In this document: in pieces, positions 25,426-38,663 of the stretch | Layout of the letters: each line of letters opens with the position of its first letter | Position numbering within the stretch: position 1 is the first letter of the stretch | Assembly (NCBI GenBank): GCA_964016885.1 | Contig: OZ024741.1 | Coordinates: 305,970,001-306,034,000, forward strand | Source: Eledone cirrhosa | Taxonomy: Eukaryota | DNA length: 64,000 bases | Direction of reading: 5' to 3' | Notes under the pieces: model-generated | What the model was told of the DNA's origin: nothing | Seen by the model: the letters and a program-made list of their open reading frames with translations, nothing else | Databases searched by the model: none | Position numbers and translations under genes: made by a program

Positions 25426-26086
25426 TGACTCCATGCCAGTGCTGATCCAGGTGACCTATGATGAAGGGCATTTCAGTCATGACTGCTGTTATGTCTTATT
25501 TTCAGATATAGTATAGCTTGGACTACATTATCAAATGTGACCTGCCTTTTTTAAGACATTGACTAATGATTTGATAGGTGTTGTTGACCATAGGTCTGTT
25601 CAGTCGTGGTTGACCTGGTGCTAAACAACACCAACAACTGCAACAGCAACAGCAATATTACACAACTGCAGTTGTTCACCCTAGAAGAAATAGCAGTCAA
25701 AACTTCTTCATTTTATATATCACCATCCAAAAGAGCAAGATGGTTGGATAACATCCATGAGCTTGGATAGTCTTGCTTGGGAACATCTCAGGAATAAGTG
25801 GGTGAAGAAAAAGAAGACCATCCAAAAGAAGAGCAGGTAGGACACATTGTATAGTGTAGTCCTAGATAGGCCAGAGCAGAGATAGGAGGAGCAAGTAACC
25901 CAGTTGGCATGAGCCTAGATTTTGAGGTGGGAGGATTTATTTTTCTTAAGTTCTAGTGTTCTCATTCTCTGCTGTTACATGTAAGGATATCATGTACACA
26001 ACACACACACACACACACACAAAGATATACATACATATATACATACATATATACATATACAAACATACATACATACATACATACAA

Positions 26087-26410
26087 AACAAAAATACAGG
26101 AGAAGGAGGATATCTACGGACAATTGATGAGGAGTTTGCAGATCCAGTATCCAAGATACATCTTCAGCTTTATACCCATCATTATTGGAGCTACAGGTTA
26201 TATACCAACCCACTTGAACTAAAGGATAACTGAACTTGGATTTGTGGACAAAGAGCGCAGCTTCCTAATTTATAGACCACGATATCTGGCACCTTCGAAA
26301 TTTGCAAAACATTCTTGCGATTCAAGGGATGACAATTTCTTCTCTTTTACAACCTTGCCACCGGGAAGGTGGCCAGTCAAAAATGTACTCAAAATTAAGA
26401 GAAAGAGAAA
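26087..26410 (+). mobile_element. Second, shorter 3' fragment of the same RLE LINE
   Basis: KIQEKEDIYGQLMRSLQIQYPR matches the copy starting near 11057. (CATA)n lies on both flanks. Confidence 0.85.
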
Positions 26411-26503
26411 CATACATACAAAGATACATATGTACATACATATATACATACACACATACATACATACAGACAGCCACATATACATACATATATATATATA
26501 TAT

Positions 26504-26813
26504 GCAAAAGTTCTATTTAAATTGTTGGGATACAACAAGCAAATATTTTTATAACTGATATAAAGCACTCGACAAGTATTTGGAGTAGATATACGATATT
26601 AACAAATGGAAACTATATTTATAAAATCCTGATGTCTTCCAAAAGTAACGGTCGCATTTTAAAAGGGTACGTCAATGTTTATTTATAAAACTGGTATATA
26701 TTGTATTTTGTCTGATGAAAGCATACCATAATTTAACTTGGTATCCTTGAAATATGTATAATGAAATAAATATGGTTTTATAAATATAGTTTCCATTTGT
26801 TAATATCGTATAT
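26504..26813. mobile_element. Penelope pLTR relic with inverted segment and hammerhead motif (26704-26768, +)
   Basis: tattttgt-CTGATGA-aagcatacca..tggtatcctt-GAAA-tatgtat-A-atgaaata. The segment 26589-26626 is inverted at 26776-26813. (TA)n flanks. Confidence 0.7.
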
Positions 26814-26834
26814 ATATATATATATATATATATA

Positions 26835-26944
26835 GAAAAAAGTATGACCCCGACGGCAGAGCTCAAGCCGTTTCGACAGCTATTTCTGGACCAGAAATAG
26901 CCTCGAAACGGCTTGAGCTCTGCCGTCGGGGTCATACTTTTTCC
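26835..26944. repeat. ~110-bp near-perfect palindrome containing hammerhead 3' halves
   Basis: 40-bp arms surround GCTATTTCTGGACCAGAAATAGC. Each arm has GAAA-CGGC...GCCG-TC-GGGGTC (stem III plus GUC). A related fragment lies at 39449-39490. Confidence 0.8.
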
Positions 26945-27636
26945 TATTTCCCACTCTACTACCCTAAGTATTGAGTACTCTGGTGCATTATGGTCCATCT
27001 GATTCCTTACCACAATTCCTTTGTTATATATATATATATATATATATGACTAGTTAGTAAATTACAAGTACAATCCATTCATGGAACAGTAAAAATATGT
27101 AAAACATTCCAAAAATTCTGCATCTAATAACAGCATATACACATGTACAGATACAAAGTATATACACATACACATATACAACTCAAAACATGCACATCCA
27201 CACATACAATAACATCCATACCTGCACACACATGCATGCATGCAGACATGCATACATATCTACCTAGTTGATGTGTAAATTCCAATGAGAGAGTCTTGTA
27301 TCTATGTTAGAAACTGACTCTCTCTCTATTGGCAAAAAATTTGTGAAATTATAAAACCAGAAGAACATATACATACAAACATACATACAGACAGGCACAT
27401 ACTAACATAATACTTATTTACCTAGCTGATGTTGTCTGAATTCCAATGAAAGAGTCTTGTTTCTATGTTAGAAACCAGCTCTCTCTTTGTTGGTGAAAAT
27501 ATATAAAATAATTCTCTTTTTTTCTTTTTCTTTTTCTTTTTCTTTTTCTCTAATTATTTTTTAAACCAGAAGAACACACATGTATGCATGCAAACATACA
27601 TACAAACATACATACATACATACATACATACATACA

Positions 27637-27668
<32 letters not shown>

Positions 27669-27669
27669 C

Positions 27670-28010
27670 TGTTGGATGTGCAATGTAAATGTGAGACAAA
27701 GGCTCAGCTTGAACTGAGGGAGAAGCTGGGTTTAAAAGGAATCCAAGGTGGTGTGCAAGAGAGAAGACTGCATTGGTTTAGACATGTGATGCGCATGGAT
27801 GATGCCAGGAAAAGCCAGTGGAGGGAAGCTGCAGTAGAGATAGACAAAGGAAGACCTGGGCAGAGGTGGTGAGAGCTGACCTCAGATCACTGAGTCTTAC
27901 AGAAGAGATGACAAAGGAGCATGGCGAGTGAAGAGATGCTGTGCTGAGAAGGACCCATCCAACCAATGGTAGCATGGAAAAATGGACGTAAAAACCATGA
28001 CATTGATGAT
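27670..28010 (+). mobile_element. Degenerate RTE 3' fragment
   Basis: [30 protein letters not shown], followed by the 3' motif GCATGGAAAAATGGACGTAAAA and a GAT tail. Confidence 0.8.
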
Positions 28011-28939
28011 AATATATATACCTGAAACCAAACCATATATCATATATACTTACCATTTTTTATTAAAATGATGTGTAGTTAGAAATGGAATCTAAATCTC
28101 ACTTCTGATCTGGGTATATTACTAGTTGAAATAGGGCCTAGATATCACATATAGCATGGGAATGTCCCCTACTTTGAACAAGTTTCATGCTTGGTTCTAT
28201 ATACTTTGTGTTTGAAAACCAAAAGAAAAAAAAAAGCACAAGATTAGAGCTAGAACGTCTTGATCAAAGTTGACCCAGGGAAACACTGGATTATTTTAAT
28301 ATAAGTCTATTTGATTACAACTAAAGAGGAATTTTGATCATCTGCTTGATCCCAGGTCACCTGGAAATTTTGACCAGAGGTTTGCTTGATCACAGCTGAC
28401 CCAAGAATTTTAAGGTAAAAAAATACAAATGCAGACACATAGACGCACACAAAACAAAACAGCACAAACCCTTTCAGTTCAATGCTGTTTTCTTTCTTCC
28501 ATTTCACTGCCAAACAGTTCTGTTTAGAAAATCTTCTAAATAAGAGAGAGAGAGAGAGAGAGAGAAAGGCAGATAGATGAGTGGATAGATAAATAAACAG
28601 AGAGAGGGAGAGAGAGAGAGAAGGGGGGGAGATGAGTGTGGAAGAGAGAAAGGTGGAGTGAAACTTAAGAAAGCAACAATAAAAGAAACTAACACTATAA
28701 CAACAGTAACAACCACAACAACATCAAGCTATATAAAATACCAGTCAAACCAGATAAACTGAACACCTATGTTTATTTTTTATATTTTATATTTTGTTTT
28801 TTATTTCACCTTTTCTTCTTCATTTCATTCATTCATTCCTGTCGCCTTTTTTTATTTTTTATTTTTTTATTTCTTTCTTTTCTCTCTTGCTTTCTAGGTT
28901 TACTTCTATCTTGTTATTTATTAATGTTAAAGTTATATT

Positions 28940-29046
28940 ATTTTTATGTAACCCCCCCCCCCCCTGCCATTACGTCTTGTAATGTCCCATTTTTGTACAC
29001 CCCTGTGGCAAATAAAGAAAGATATCTATCTATCTATCTATCTATC
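28940..29046 (+). mobile_element. 3' end of a Tx1-like LINE running into (TATC)n
   Basis: AATGTCCCATTTTTGTACACCCCTGTGGCAAATAAAGAAA resembles the terminus of the Tx1 at 53591 (AATGTCTACTTTATGTAAACCCTTGTGGTTAATAAAGAAA). Confidence 0.55.
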
Positions 29047-29068
29047 TCCACACACATACATATATATA

Positions 29069-29404
29069 CAGTGAACTCCCCCCCCCCCCCGACATTCGTG
29101 GTCCCGGCTATTCGCAGAATTTTCCTTAGAACCTTAATTGTTCGTGGAAACCATCACATATTAGCGGAATCGTAAATATCTTCCGTGATTTGTTATGGCT
29201 TTGTTCGTGGCAGTATATATTTTTTCACGCTTTTTAACACTGAATTATTAATAACAATATACCGTGTTTACCAGTCTAAATTTTATATTATGTTTTGATG
29301 TTTATAGGCATTTTTATGGACCATGTCCAATATTCACGGTTTTTCACTCTTCACAGGTGCTCTAGGAATGTAAACACCATTATTACTGGGGGGGGGGGCA
29401 ACTG
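29069..29404. mobile_element. pogo/Tigger-like MITE
   Basis: TA|CAGTGAACTCCCCCC...GGGGGGGCAACTG|TA termini, inserted in (TA)n. Confidence 0.7.
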
Positions 29405-30239
29405 TATATATATATACACACATCCCTCCCTTCCACTAGCAGTTCTCAACAACTATCATCACCACCCAAGCATTCTCCTTAGTTACTCCCCTCTACAAAG
29501 CCATTAGATGCCCTCACTATTGCACACTAGTAACTTCTCTCCCTACCCCTTGTGCATCCCCCTCTACCACCCCTAACCTATCTCTCCATCACTGCTCCAC
29601 CACTCTATTGACTGCACCATCCACACCACTAAATTCACTCTCCCCATACACTATCAGTTGCTCTGCCAAATCACTACATATACCTATAACTTCCTACTTA
29701 TCTCCCTCCCCAGAGCAGAGAAGGCTCTTCAGTTGGGACTATGACCAACAACCTTACTATTGATGATGCCACGCAAATGCAGCAGGTACACCCTGTAAAG
29801 TGGTTAATGACAAGAAGGGTACACTGCTGTAGAAACCATGCCTAAAAGGGTTGAGAGGACACTTCAGTTGTGTGAATGACACTAAACCCTTTCTAATGTT
29901 GGTGACCTACACAATAAATGTACCCAGTACATGCTGTAAAGTGGTTGGTGATAGGAAGGTCATCCAGACATAGAAATGCCTGCCAAACAGGAGGACCCTC
30001 CAGTTGTGTCAAAGATATCACAGTCTCTCTAGTGCTGGTGCTAGGATAAAATGCATTTGGTAAAACACAAAGCCATATGTAAGTGAGATTCAAACTCTCA
30101 GCCCTTTTTGGAGGTCAGTGGCCTCACTTCAGTACAGACTTGGTCTATTAAGATCCATCCAACACTTACTAGCAGGGACAGTCGACATTAAATGAAGATG
30201 ATGATGATGTCTCTGCGTATACACTCACTTATATACATA

Positions 30240-30274
<35 letters not shown>

Positions 30275-30277
<3 letters not shown>

Positions 30278-30900
30278 GAAAGAAACAGGATGAGTTGCAA
30301 GAAAAATATTTCAAATCTACAAGTTTTCCCCTTTTAAATAATCCCCTTCGTGACTAACGCACTTTCCCATCTTTCTCCACCAGGTCTCCATGCAATCCTG
30401 AAAGGTTCTCCCTCGATTCTTTGCAGTTCCTTTGTCACGGCCCTCTTGATAGCTTCCACATCCGGAAAATGGGTCACACTCAAAGATCCATGATTCATCA
30501 CTGGTGATGACTTTCCTCAGCAAGTTTGGTTCAGTTTCAAGATGCTCAAGGAAGTCCTAACACACCTGCATGTACTGCTCCTTCTGATCATCTTTCAGCA
30601 GCTTCAGTACCATCTTTGCGTAGATCTTCTGCATGCTCAAATCTTCGGTGATAATCTTCAAAATGCTGTCAAAGTTCATGCCCAGCTCACTTGCTACCAG
30701 TCCATGATCTCCATACACCACTTGCCTCATGTGCTCAACGTTATAGTGTTGTTGGTGGTGGTGTTGTTGGTGGTGGTGTTGTTGGTAGTGGTGTTGTTGG
30801 TGGTGATGTTGTTGGTGGTGGTGGTGCTCATTGAAGGCCTTCTGCTCCTGGGGTCATCTTCCATGTCCTTGCATCCCTATTTGAACCTTTTGAGCCACTC
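30275..30900 (-). mobile_element. Internally deleted mariner transposase relic
   Basis: EDDPRSRRPS (HTH linker), LRKVITSDESWIFECDP (first catalytic D), and the C-terminal KCVSHEGDYLKG. Confidence 0.85.
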
Positions 30901-30907
30901 AACTCAC

Positions 30908-31056
30908 CAGGAAATCATCAGGAAAGCCCTTTCCTGAAGATTTCCTTTGAACGAAACAGTTCTAGTCCTGTAGAAGTCATTTCTATATTAAATATTGTAT
31001 ATACTCTACTATATATTCAGTACCTTACTCTGGTTACCTCTAACTGAACCAGGGAT
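30908..31056 (+). mobile_element. Mini Penelope pLTR with hammerhead motif, same family as 40731-40866 and 52084-52134
   Basis: ttc-CTGAAGA-tttcctttgaac-GAAA-CAGttctagtcCTG-TA-gaa, preceded by an inverted partial core (AAATCATCAGGAAAG). The tail matches the reverse complement of 40731-40800. Confidence 0.7.
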
Positions 31057-31159
31057 ACACACATACACACACAATGTGTGTGTATGTGTATGTGTGCATG
31101 TGTGTGTGTATGAGATTTGCCTGATGTCACTCCTCCATACACACGCACACATGTATTTT

Positions 31160-31283
31160 ATGACTCGTACACTGGTCATTTTCCTGACATTTGTACATTA
31201 TTCTATGTATTATACATGCACCTTTGATGAGTTGTAGTGCACCTGAGCACTGTACACAATAATTTCATTATTATTATTATTAA
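31160..31283 (+). mobile_element. Retroposon 3' end with (ATT)n tail
   Basis: TTTCCTGACATTTGTACATTA...GTAGTGCACCTGAGCACTGTACACAATAATTT(CATTATT)n. An inverted copy lies at 63446-63532. Confidence 0.7.
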
Positions 31284-31559
31284 TATATTTGAGAATGACT
31301 TTTCTGATGTCTGTTGTTCTTTAATGATCTGATGTTTTACAAAGTATATATATGTGTGTGTATATGTAAATAAGTATCTATCTACACATATATTATCTAT
31401 AAATTCATCTCTCTCCTTCTTTCTTTTCTTCCTTCTGTCCTCTCTTTGTCTTCTCTGTTTATTTAATTTTCCTATAACCAGTGAAAACTAACACCAACAT
31501 TGAGTGGAAATACAAGCCTGACAACAAAAGTGAGGAACTTATACAAGGTGAATTGCATC

Positions 31560-32290
31560 ATTGAGGGCAGCAGTGAATGTAGTGAGGTGGTAATGTGGGG
31601 ATGGTGTGTGAGGTGTGGAGCTAGAGTGGGGCTGTAGTAGAGCTGGAATGGGATTGGAGTATTGGGGATGCAGTGGGGTTGGATTGGGGATGGAGTGGAG
31701 CTGGAGTGGGCCCTGCTGAATGGGGTGGGAATGTGGGGATGGTGTGGCGAGGTGTGGAGCTAGAGTGGGCTGTTGTAGAGCTGTTGTAGAGCTGAATTAG
31801 AGTGAAGCTGCTGTGTGTTTGAGTAGTGAGGATTGAGTGAGGTTGGATTGGGGCTGAGTGGGGGCTGGAGTGGGCCCTGAGTGGGGTGGGAATGTGGTGA
31901 TGAAGTAATGTTGGTGAGGTGAGGTGTGATTTAGAGTGGGGCTGTAGTAGAGTTGGAATAGGATTGGAGTGAAGCTGCAGTGAGTTTGAGTAGTGGGGAT
32001 TGAATGAGGTTGGATTGGGGATGGAGTGGAGTGGGCTCTGAGTGATGATGAAGTAATGTTGGTGTGGTGAGGAGTGGAGCTATAGTGGGACTGTAGTAGA
32101 GCTGGAATAGGATTGGAGTATTAGGGATTGAGTGGGGTTGGATTGGGGATGGAGTGGAGCTGGAGTGGGTGTTGAGTAGTGATGAAGTAGGGTTGGAATG
32201 ATGGTGGAGTGGGGTTATAATGAGACTGCTGAGTGAGGCTGGAGTTTAGCTTGGTTTGGACTGGAATGGAGCTGAAGTGGGGTTGAAATG
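31560..32290. repeat. G/purine-rich degenerate tandem repeat
   Basis: Recurrent GTGGAGCTAGAGTGGGGCTGTAGTAGAGCTGGAAT and GGTTGGATTGGGGATGGAGTGGAG blocks. Confidence 0.8.
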
Positions 32291-32313
32291 TCAGTAAGAT
32301 GAGGTAGATTTTA

Positions 32314-32345
<32 letters not shown>

Positions 32346-32476
32346 ATTGTTACTAATGATGCTGCTGTTGTTGTTAAGTTATTCAAATTACAAGTCACTA
32401 TACAAGTGGTTCATTGTATGCTGTATGTGCATGTGTGTGGACACACACACACATATATATACATATATATATATAA

Positions 32477-32521
<45 letters not shown>

Positions 32522-32727
32522 ACATATTATATATATATATCATCATCATCATCATATATATATATATATAAATGAAAGGCATAGAAAATATTGTAGCAAA
32601 AAGCCAACAGTATTCCATAATATATCATCATCATTTCATTTATATATATATATATATATATTATACATATTATATATATATATATGTATATATAAGTTGG
32701 TACCACAACATCCAGTCCATGAGATAA

Positions 32728-32905
32728 TATGTTTCTACTTTAGGCACAAGGCCAGCAATTACCCAGTGCATAACTGGTACTTTATTTTATCGACCCCGTA
32801 AGGATGAAAGGCAAAGTCAACCTCGGCGGGATTTGAACTCAGATCGTAAAGGGACGTAACTATGCTGGAAAGCACGGCGTCCGACCTTCTACCGATACTG
32901 CCAAT
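32728..32905 (-). mobile_element. SINE family A
   Basis: TGGCAGTATCGG A-box, GAGTTCAAATCCC B-box, and core GACTTTGCCTTTCATCCTTACGGGGTCGATAAAATAAAGTACCAGT. Confidence 0.85.
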
Positions 32906-32914
32906 CCATGAGAT

Positions 32915-33190
32915 AATGAGATCGAAATCGTGTAGGTGTCACGACAAAAAAAAAAACACACAGTCCAAGTTGTAATGTGGCCATGAAGGTAACATGGTAA
33001 AAGGTTCCCAGTCCACACTGTAAATGTGGTTGGTGTTAGGAAGGGCATCCAGCCGTAGAAAACCTGCCAGATAGTCTTATATGAACGAGACACGGTCACC
33101 CGACCAACCTTGCCTCAAGTGGGACAACTCCCGTCTAACCCATGCTAGCATGGAAGATGGACGTTAAACGAAGATGATGATGATGATGAT
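32915..33190 (+). mobile_element. RTE 3' UTR fragment (subfamily 2-like)
   Basis: Aligns by eye to 49665-49926; ends CCCATGCTAGCATGG..ACGTTAAACG(ATG)n then (AT)n. Confidence 0.85.
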
Positions 33191-33305
33191 ATATATATAT
33201 ATGTGTGTGTGTATGTATGTATAAATGTGTATATATATATATATATATGCAACTATGTTTCGTCAGCATGTTTACCATAAGTATATATATATATATGTAT
33301 ATATT

Positions 33306-33362
<57 letters not shown>

Positions 33363-33589
33363 ATACATAGCTATGCATGTGTGTTTGTATGTATGAGTGT
33401 GTGTATGTGTATGCACAGGAAAGAAAGAGAGATGGAGGTGCTTGAAATTCAATGAAATATTTCTTTTTTTTTTCTTGCTGATGTAGCAGTGGTAGTTGGG
33501 AGGGTGTGTCAGTTTTGACTGAGCAGACATATGATTATAGGTGCTCTAACCATGACCATCTTGTCATTTTAAAAGCAAACACAACCCCA

Positions 33590-34031
33590 ACCACTACCAC
33601 CACCACCGCCACCTCCACTACCACCACCAGTACCACCACCACCACAACTAGTACCAACCCACCATCACCACCACCACCACAACCACCACCAACACAACCA
33701 CCACCACCACCACCACCAACACAACCACCACCACCACAACCACCACCAACACAACCACCACCACCACAACCACCACCAACACAACCACCACCACCACAAC
33801 CACCACCAACACAACCACCACCACCACCACCACCAACACAACCACCACCACCACAACCACCACCAACACAACCACCACCACCACAACCACCACCAACACA
33901 ACCACCACCACCAACACCACCAACACAACCACCACCACCACCACCACCAACACAACCACCACCACCACAACCACCACCACCACAACCACCACCAACACAA
34001 CCACCACCACCAACACCAAAACAACAACAAC
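33590..34031. repeat. (ACC)n / ACACAACCACCACC compound repeat
   Basis: Direct inspection. Confidence 0.9.
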
Positions 34032-34344
34032 AATTTGTTATTATATAAGTTATCAATGTACAATAGGCAATAAGTACTTTAAAAACAGGTTTATTAATAT
34101 ACTTCTGAATATATTCCACACTCTGACTCATGATGTGGCTGGCGCCTTGTTATCAGTTAACCCCAAGGTCAACGAAGATCCAGCTTTCAGGTAGACCAAT
34201 ACTTTGTGAATGGAATTTGGTGACAATTGTGTTGAGGACATGACAACCTCCCTAGTACTGGTGCCATGATAACATGCCCTCTGTAGAACTTGGTCTGAAA
34301 TAACCTGTCCAACCTGAATGTTAAATGATGATGAAGATAGAGTA

Positions 34345-34620
34345 AGGGTTAAGGGTAAAGACCTCGTTCGGTCATAAATGACCATGAGATTAACACCTAG
34401 AAAGTTCTCCTCCAAGGCACAAGTCCGGGCAATTGCCCATGCATACCACCAATGTTGTCCAAGGGAAAGGCAAAGGCCAATACAGCTTGGCACCAGTGAC
34501 GTCGCAACTCATTTCTACAGCTCGGTGAACCGGAGCTATGTGTCTTGCTCAAGAACACAACATAAAGCCCGGTCTGATTGTAAGCCCGATGCCCTAACCA
34601 CTAAGCCATGTGCCTTCACA
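34345..34620 (-). mobile_element. tRNA-derived CORE-like SINE, family B
   Basis: Minus strand starts GTGAAGGCACATGGCTTAGTGGTTAGG and includes the TGTGTTCTTGAGCAAGACAC core. A related 5' end lies at 1-41. Confidence 0.7.
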
Positions 34621-35204
34621 ATGGTGATGATGATAATGATATATATATATATATACATATATAAATATCTTTATCATCATTTAATTTCCACTTTCCCTGC
34701 TAGCATTGACACAATTGAAAGGTGCTCTCAACCCTTTTAGACATGGTTTCTACAGCAGGGTGCCCTTCCTAGTGCTGATCACCTTACTGGGTGTACCAGG
34801 TGGATTTTCATGGCACCATCACTAGAGAGATTGTTAATCATAATCCCAACGGAAGAGCTCTTGTTGCTCTGGGAGGGGGGCATAGGGGAGGCAGATAAGT
34901 ATGGAGTCATGTGTATGTGGTGATTTGGCAGGGTAATGAGTAAGGGGAAGGGCTAACTGATAGTGTATGGGAAGAAGGAATGTAATGGTATTGAGTATGA
35001 GGATAGTGTGGTCGATATTGATGGAGAGATAGCTAAGGAGTGGTAGTGTGGGAAGTGCACGGGGTAAAGAGAGAGTAGCTACTAGGGTGCAATAGTGAAG
35101 GTATCGAAGGGCTTTAAAGGAGGGACAGTGCAGTGGTGGTGAGGCTATCTGCTAGGGAGTGCCAGTAGAAGGGGAGCATGGACGAGTCAGGTCATATTGT
35201 ATGC

Positions 35205-35665
35205 TTGTGGTTCAGTCCTCATCATCACAGCATAGCGCTAACCCTCTCGATCCTTGTCATCTCTGTTGTAAGGCTTAGTTTCTTAAGGTTGGTCTTCACA
35301 ACCTCATCCATACCTTCCTGGGTCTGCCTCTTCCACAGGTCCCAGCCACTCAGTTTTCTCTGCATTTCTTTATGCAGATGCTATCTTCCATACACATCAC
35401 ATCCTTACCAACATAATCTTCTCTCTTGCACACTACATCCAATTCCTCTTATGCTGAGTTTTTCTCTCAGTTCACTTATGCTATGTTGTTCATGCACACT
35501 AACATTACACATCAATCGAAGTATACTTACTTCATTTCTCTTACACCTTCACATGTCTTCTGTGGCTAAGGTCCATGTTTCACTGCCATGTAGCATTGCA
35601 GTTCAATGTAAGCATCATACAGTCAACTCTTCATTCTGAATGAGAAGCCCTTTGTTGTCAGTAGA
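35205..35665 (-). mobile_element. Old degenerate RTE fragment
   Basis: Matches the RTE C-terminal region (GFSFRM...MLHGSETW...ELREKLSIRGI...QERRL) with many lesions. Confidence 0.75.
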
Positions 35666-36494
35666 ATTTCTTCGGGCTTGTCCCACCATAGTTCAATGTT
35701 TACAACAATAAATAATGCCATCAACAATAATAAATTATATATAAACTGCTAAGATTTTATTGGAAATGTTTATAAGACATTAAAAGCACCAAGTGGAAAT
35801 ATGCTTTTTTCTGTCTCAGAATGCAGGAGTAATGGTGGTGGTAGGAAGATGGAGAAGGAAAGAAAGACTCTGGATATGTGTGTGTGTGTGTGTGCATGTT
35901 TGTGTGAGTGTGTGTCAGAGAGAAAGAAAGGGAGAAAGAGACTGAGTAGTGGTGTTAGAGACACAGGGAAATAGAGAGATTGTGAGTGTACATGATGAGA
36001 GAAAGTGTGAGAGAGTGAGAGAGACAGAGAGAAAGAGAGATTGAGTGGTGGCATTAGAGAGACAGGGAAAGAAAAAGACAGACTGTGTGTGTGCATGAAA
36101 GAGAGAGAGAGAGAGAGGGGGAGAGAGACTGAGTGGTGGTGTTAGAGAGACAGGGAAAGAAAGAGACTGTGTAAATGTGTGGAATGTATGTCCATGAGAA
36201 AGAAAGAGAGCAGGAATGTTAGAGACACAGGAAAGAGAGATGTGCATGTGTGTATGCATGTGTATGTGCCTGCATGTATGCGACAGAGAAGGAGAGAGTG
36301 TCTGTGTGTATGCATGTGTGTATGTATATGTGTGTGCATATGTTTATATATATGTGTATATGTATGAATATGTGTGTATATATAATTATATGTTCCCAGA
36401 ACCAGTACAGCGCAGCACCAAATATTTGAGGATATTTAATTTTTCCTTTTTACAATTTGACTTTCAATCCCTCAAGGGTCAACATGACTCTTTC

Positions 36495-37338
<844 letters not shown>

Positions 37339-37455
37339 TATATATATATAAATGTATATATATGTATGTATATATATATATATATATATATATTGACTGC
37401 CAATACTGGAATTGAATAATCAAAACCATAGCAGTATGTCACATATCAAATCTTA

Positions 37456-37518
37456 TATTTTGTCTGATGAAAACGTACTGAAACACCATTGTACCTTTGA
37501 AATATGTATAATAAAATA
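37456..37518 (+). ncRNA. Hammerhead ribozyme motif (type I, Penelope-associated)
   Basis: tattttgt-CTGATGA-stem II-GAAA-tatgtat-A-ataaaata. Confidence 0.55.
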
Positions 37519-37586
37519 TGTAATTTGATTATGAGAATATTTTTCATTTATTAACATTTTGAATAATATATATATATATATATATA

Positions 37587-38030
37587 AGCAGAAAGGATAT
37601 TCAGTTTGTTGGTAATTCAACAAATGTAAATGTTTATAAATGATTCAGAGCACTCGACAAGTTTTCTGGAGTATAATATTCAATCATATTAAAAAAAATA
37701 GAAACTATATTTATAAAACCATATTTATTCTATTATATATATTTCAAGGGTACCAAAATTTTGGTACGCTATCATCAGATAAAATACGAAGTGTGTTTTA
37801 TAAATTTTGACATAACCAAGGAGAATATACCTTAACGGTTCAAGTTTTCCTATCCAAGGAAACTTGAAGTGTTAAGGTATATTCTCCTTGGTTATGTCAA
37901 AATTTATAAAACACACTTCGTATTTTATCTGATGATAGCGTACCAAAATTTTAGTACCCTTGAAATATATATAATAGAATAAATATGGTTTTATAAATAT
38001 AGTTTCCATTTTTTTAATATCATTGAATAT
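37587..38030. mobile_element. Penelope pLTR with ~160-bp-arm palindrome; hammerhead motif in both arms
   Basis: 37676-37836 is the reverse complement of 37871-38030. The + copy 37921-37981 reads tattttat-CTGATGA...GAAA-tatatat-A-atagaata. (TA)n flanks. Confidence 0.85.
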
Positions 38031-38132
38031 ATATATATATATATATATAGTAATAATAATAAATTTGAAGACTAAAATCCAAAGAGGGCTCGATAAGGAT
38101 AAATATATATCAGATATATAAGAACCGTAGAG

Positions 38133-38171
<39 letters not shown>

Positions 38172-38452
38172 TTATAGAGGCATTGTTCTGACACACTGAG
38201 TCTTGCACATTTTTAAACTGGTGGAGCCCATTAGATTCCAGGTCAGAACACAGTTGATTTCTTCCAAAGAAAAAGAGAGAGAGAAAGAGAGAGAGAGAGA
38301 GGGGGGAGAGAGAGAGGAGAGGGAGATGTATATATATATATATCAATCTATCTTTCACTTTTTCTCTCAGACTCTCTTCCCTCTCTCTCTGTATATATCT
38401 CTCTCTAATCCTTCACTCATTTACACTACCCAGATTGCAGCACCATTCCATG

Positions 38453-38489
<37 letters not shown>

Positions 38490-38492
<3 letters not shown>

Positions 38493-38663
38493 GTTTCTAC
38501 TTTTGGCACAAGGCTAGCAATTACCCAGTACATTACTGGTACTTTATTTTATCGACCTCTGTATGGATGAAAGGCAAAGTTAACCTCGGCGGGATTTGAA
38601 TTCAGATCATAAAGGGACGTAACTATGATGGAAAGCATGTCCGACCCTCTATCGATACTGCCA
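38490..38663 (-). mobile_element. SINE family A
   Basis: Same A-box, B-box and core as 32728-32905. Confidence 0.8.

Noticed and set aside
28300-28420. Possible + strand exon ending TAAG|GTAAAA
   Set aside because: No clear acceptor, no recognisable peptide and no partner exon.
32820-32905. A-box/B-box sequences as tRNA genes
   Set aside because: No cloverleaf; these are heads of multi-copy SINEs.
33506-34131. Pro/Gln- or Gly/Cys-rich ORFs resembling extensin or keratin-associated proteins
   Set aside because: They derive entirely from an (ACC)n compound repeat, with no splice or domain support.
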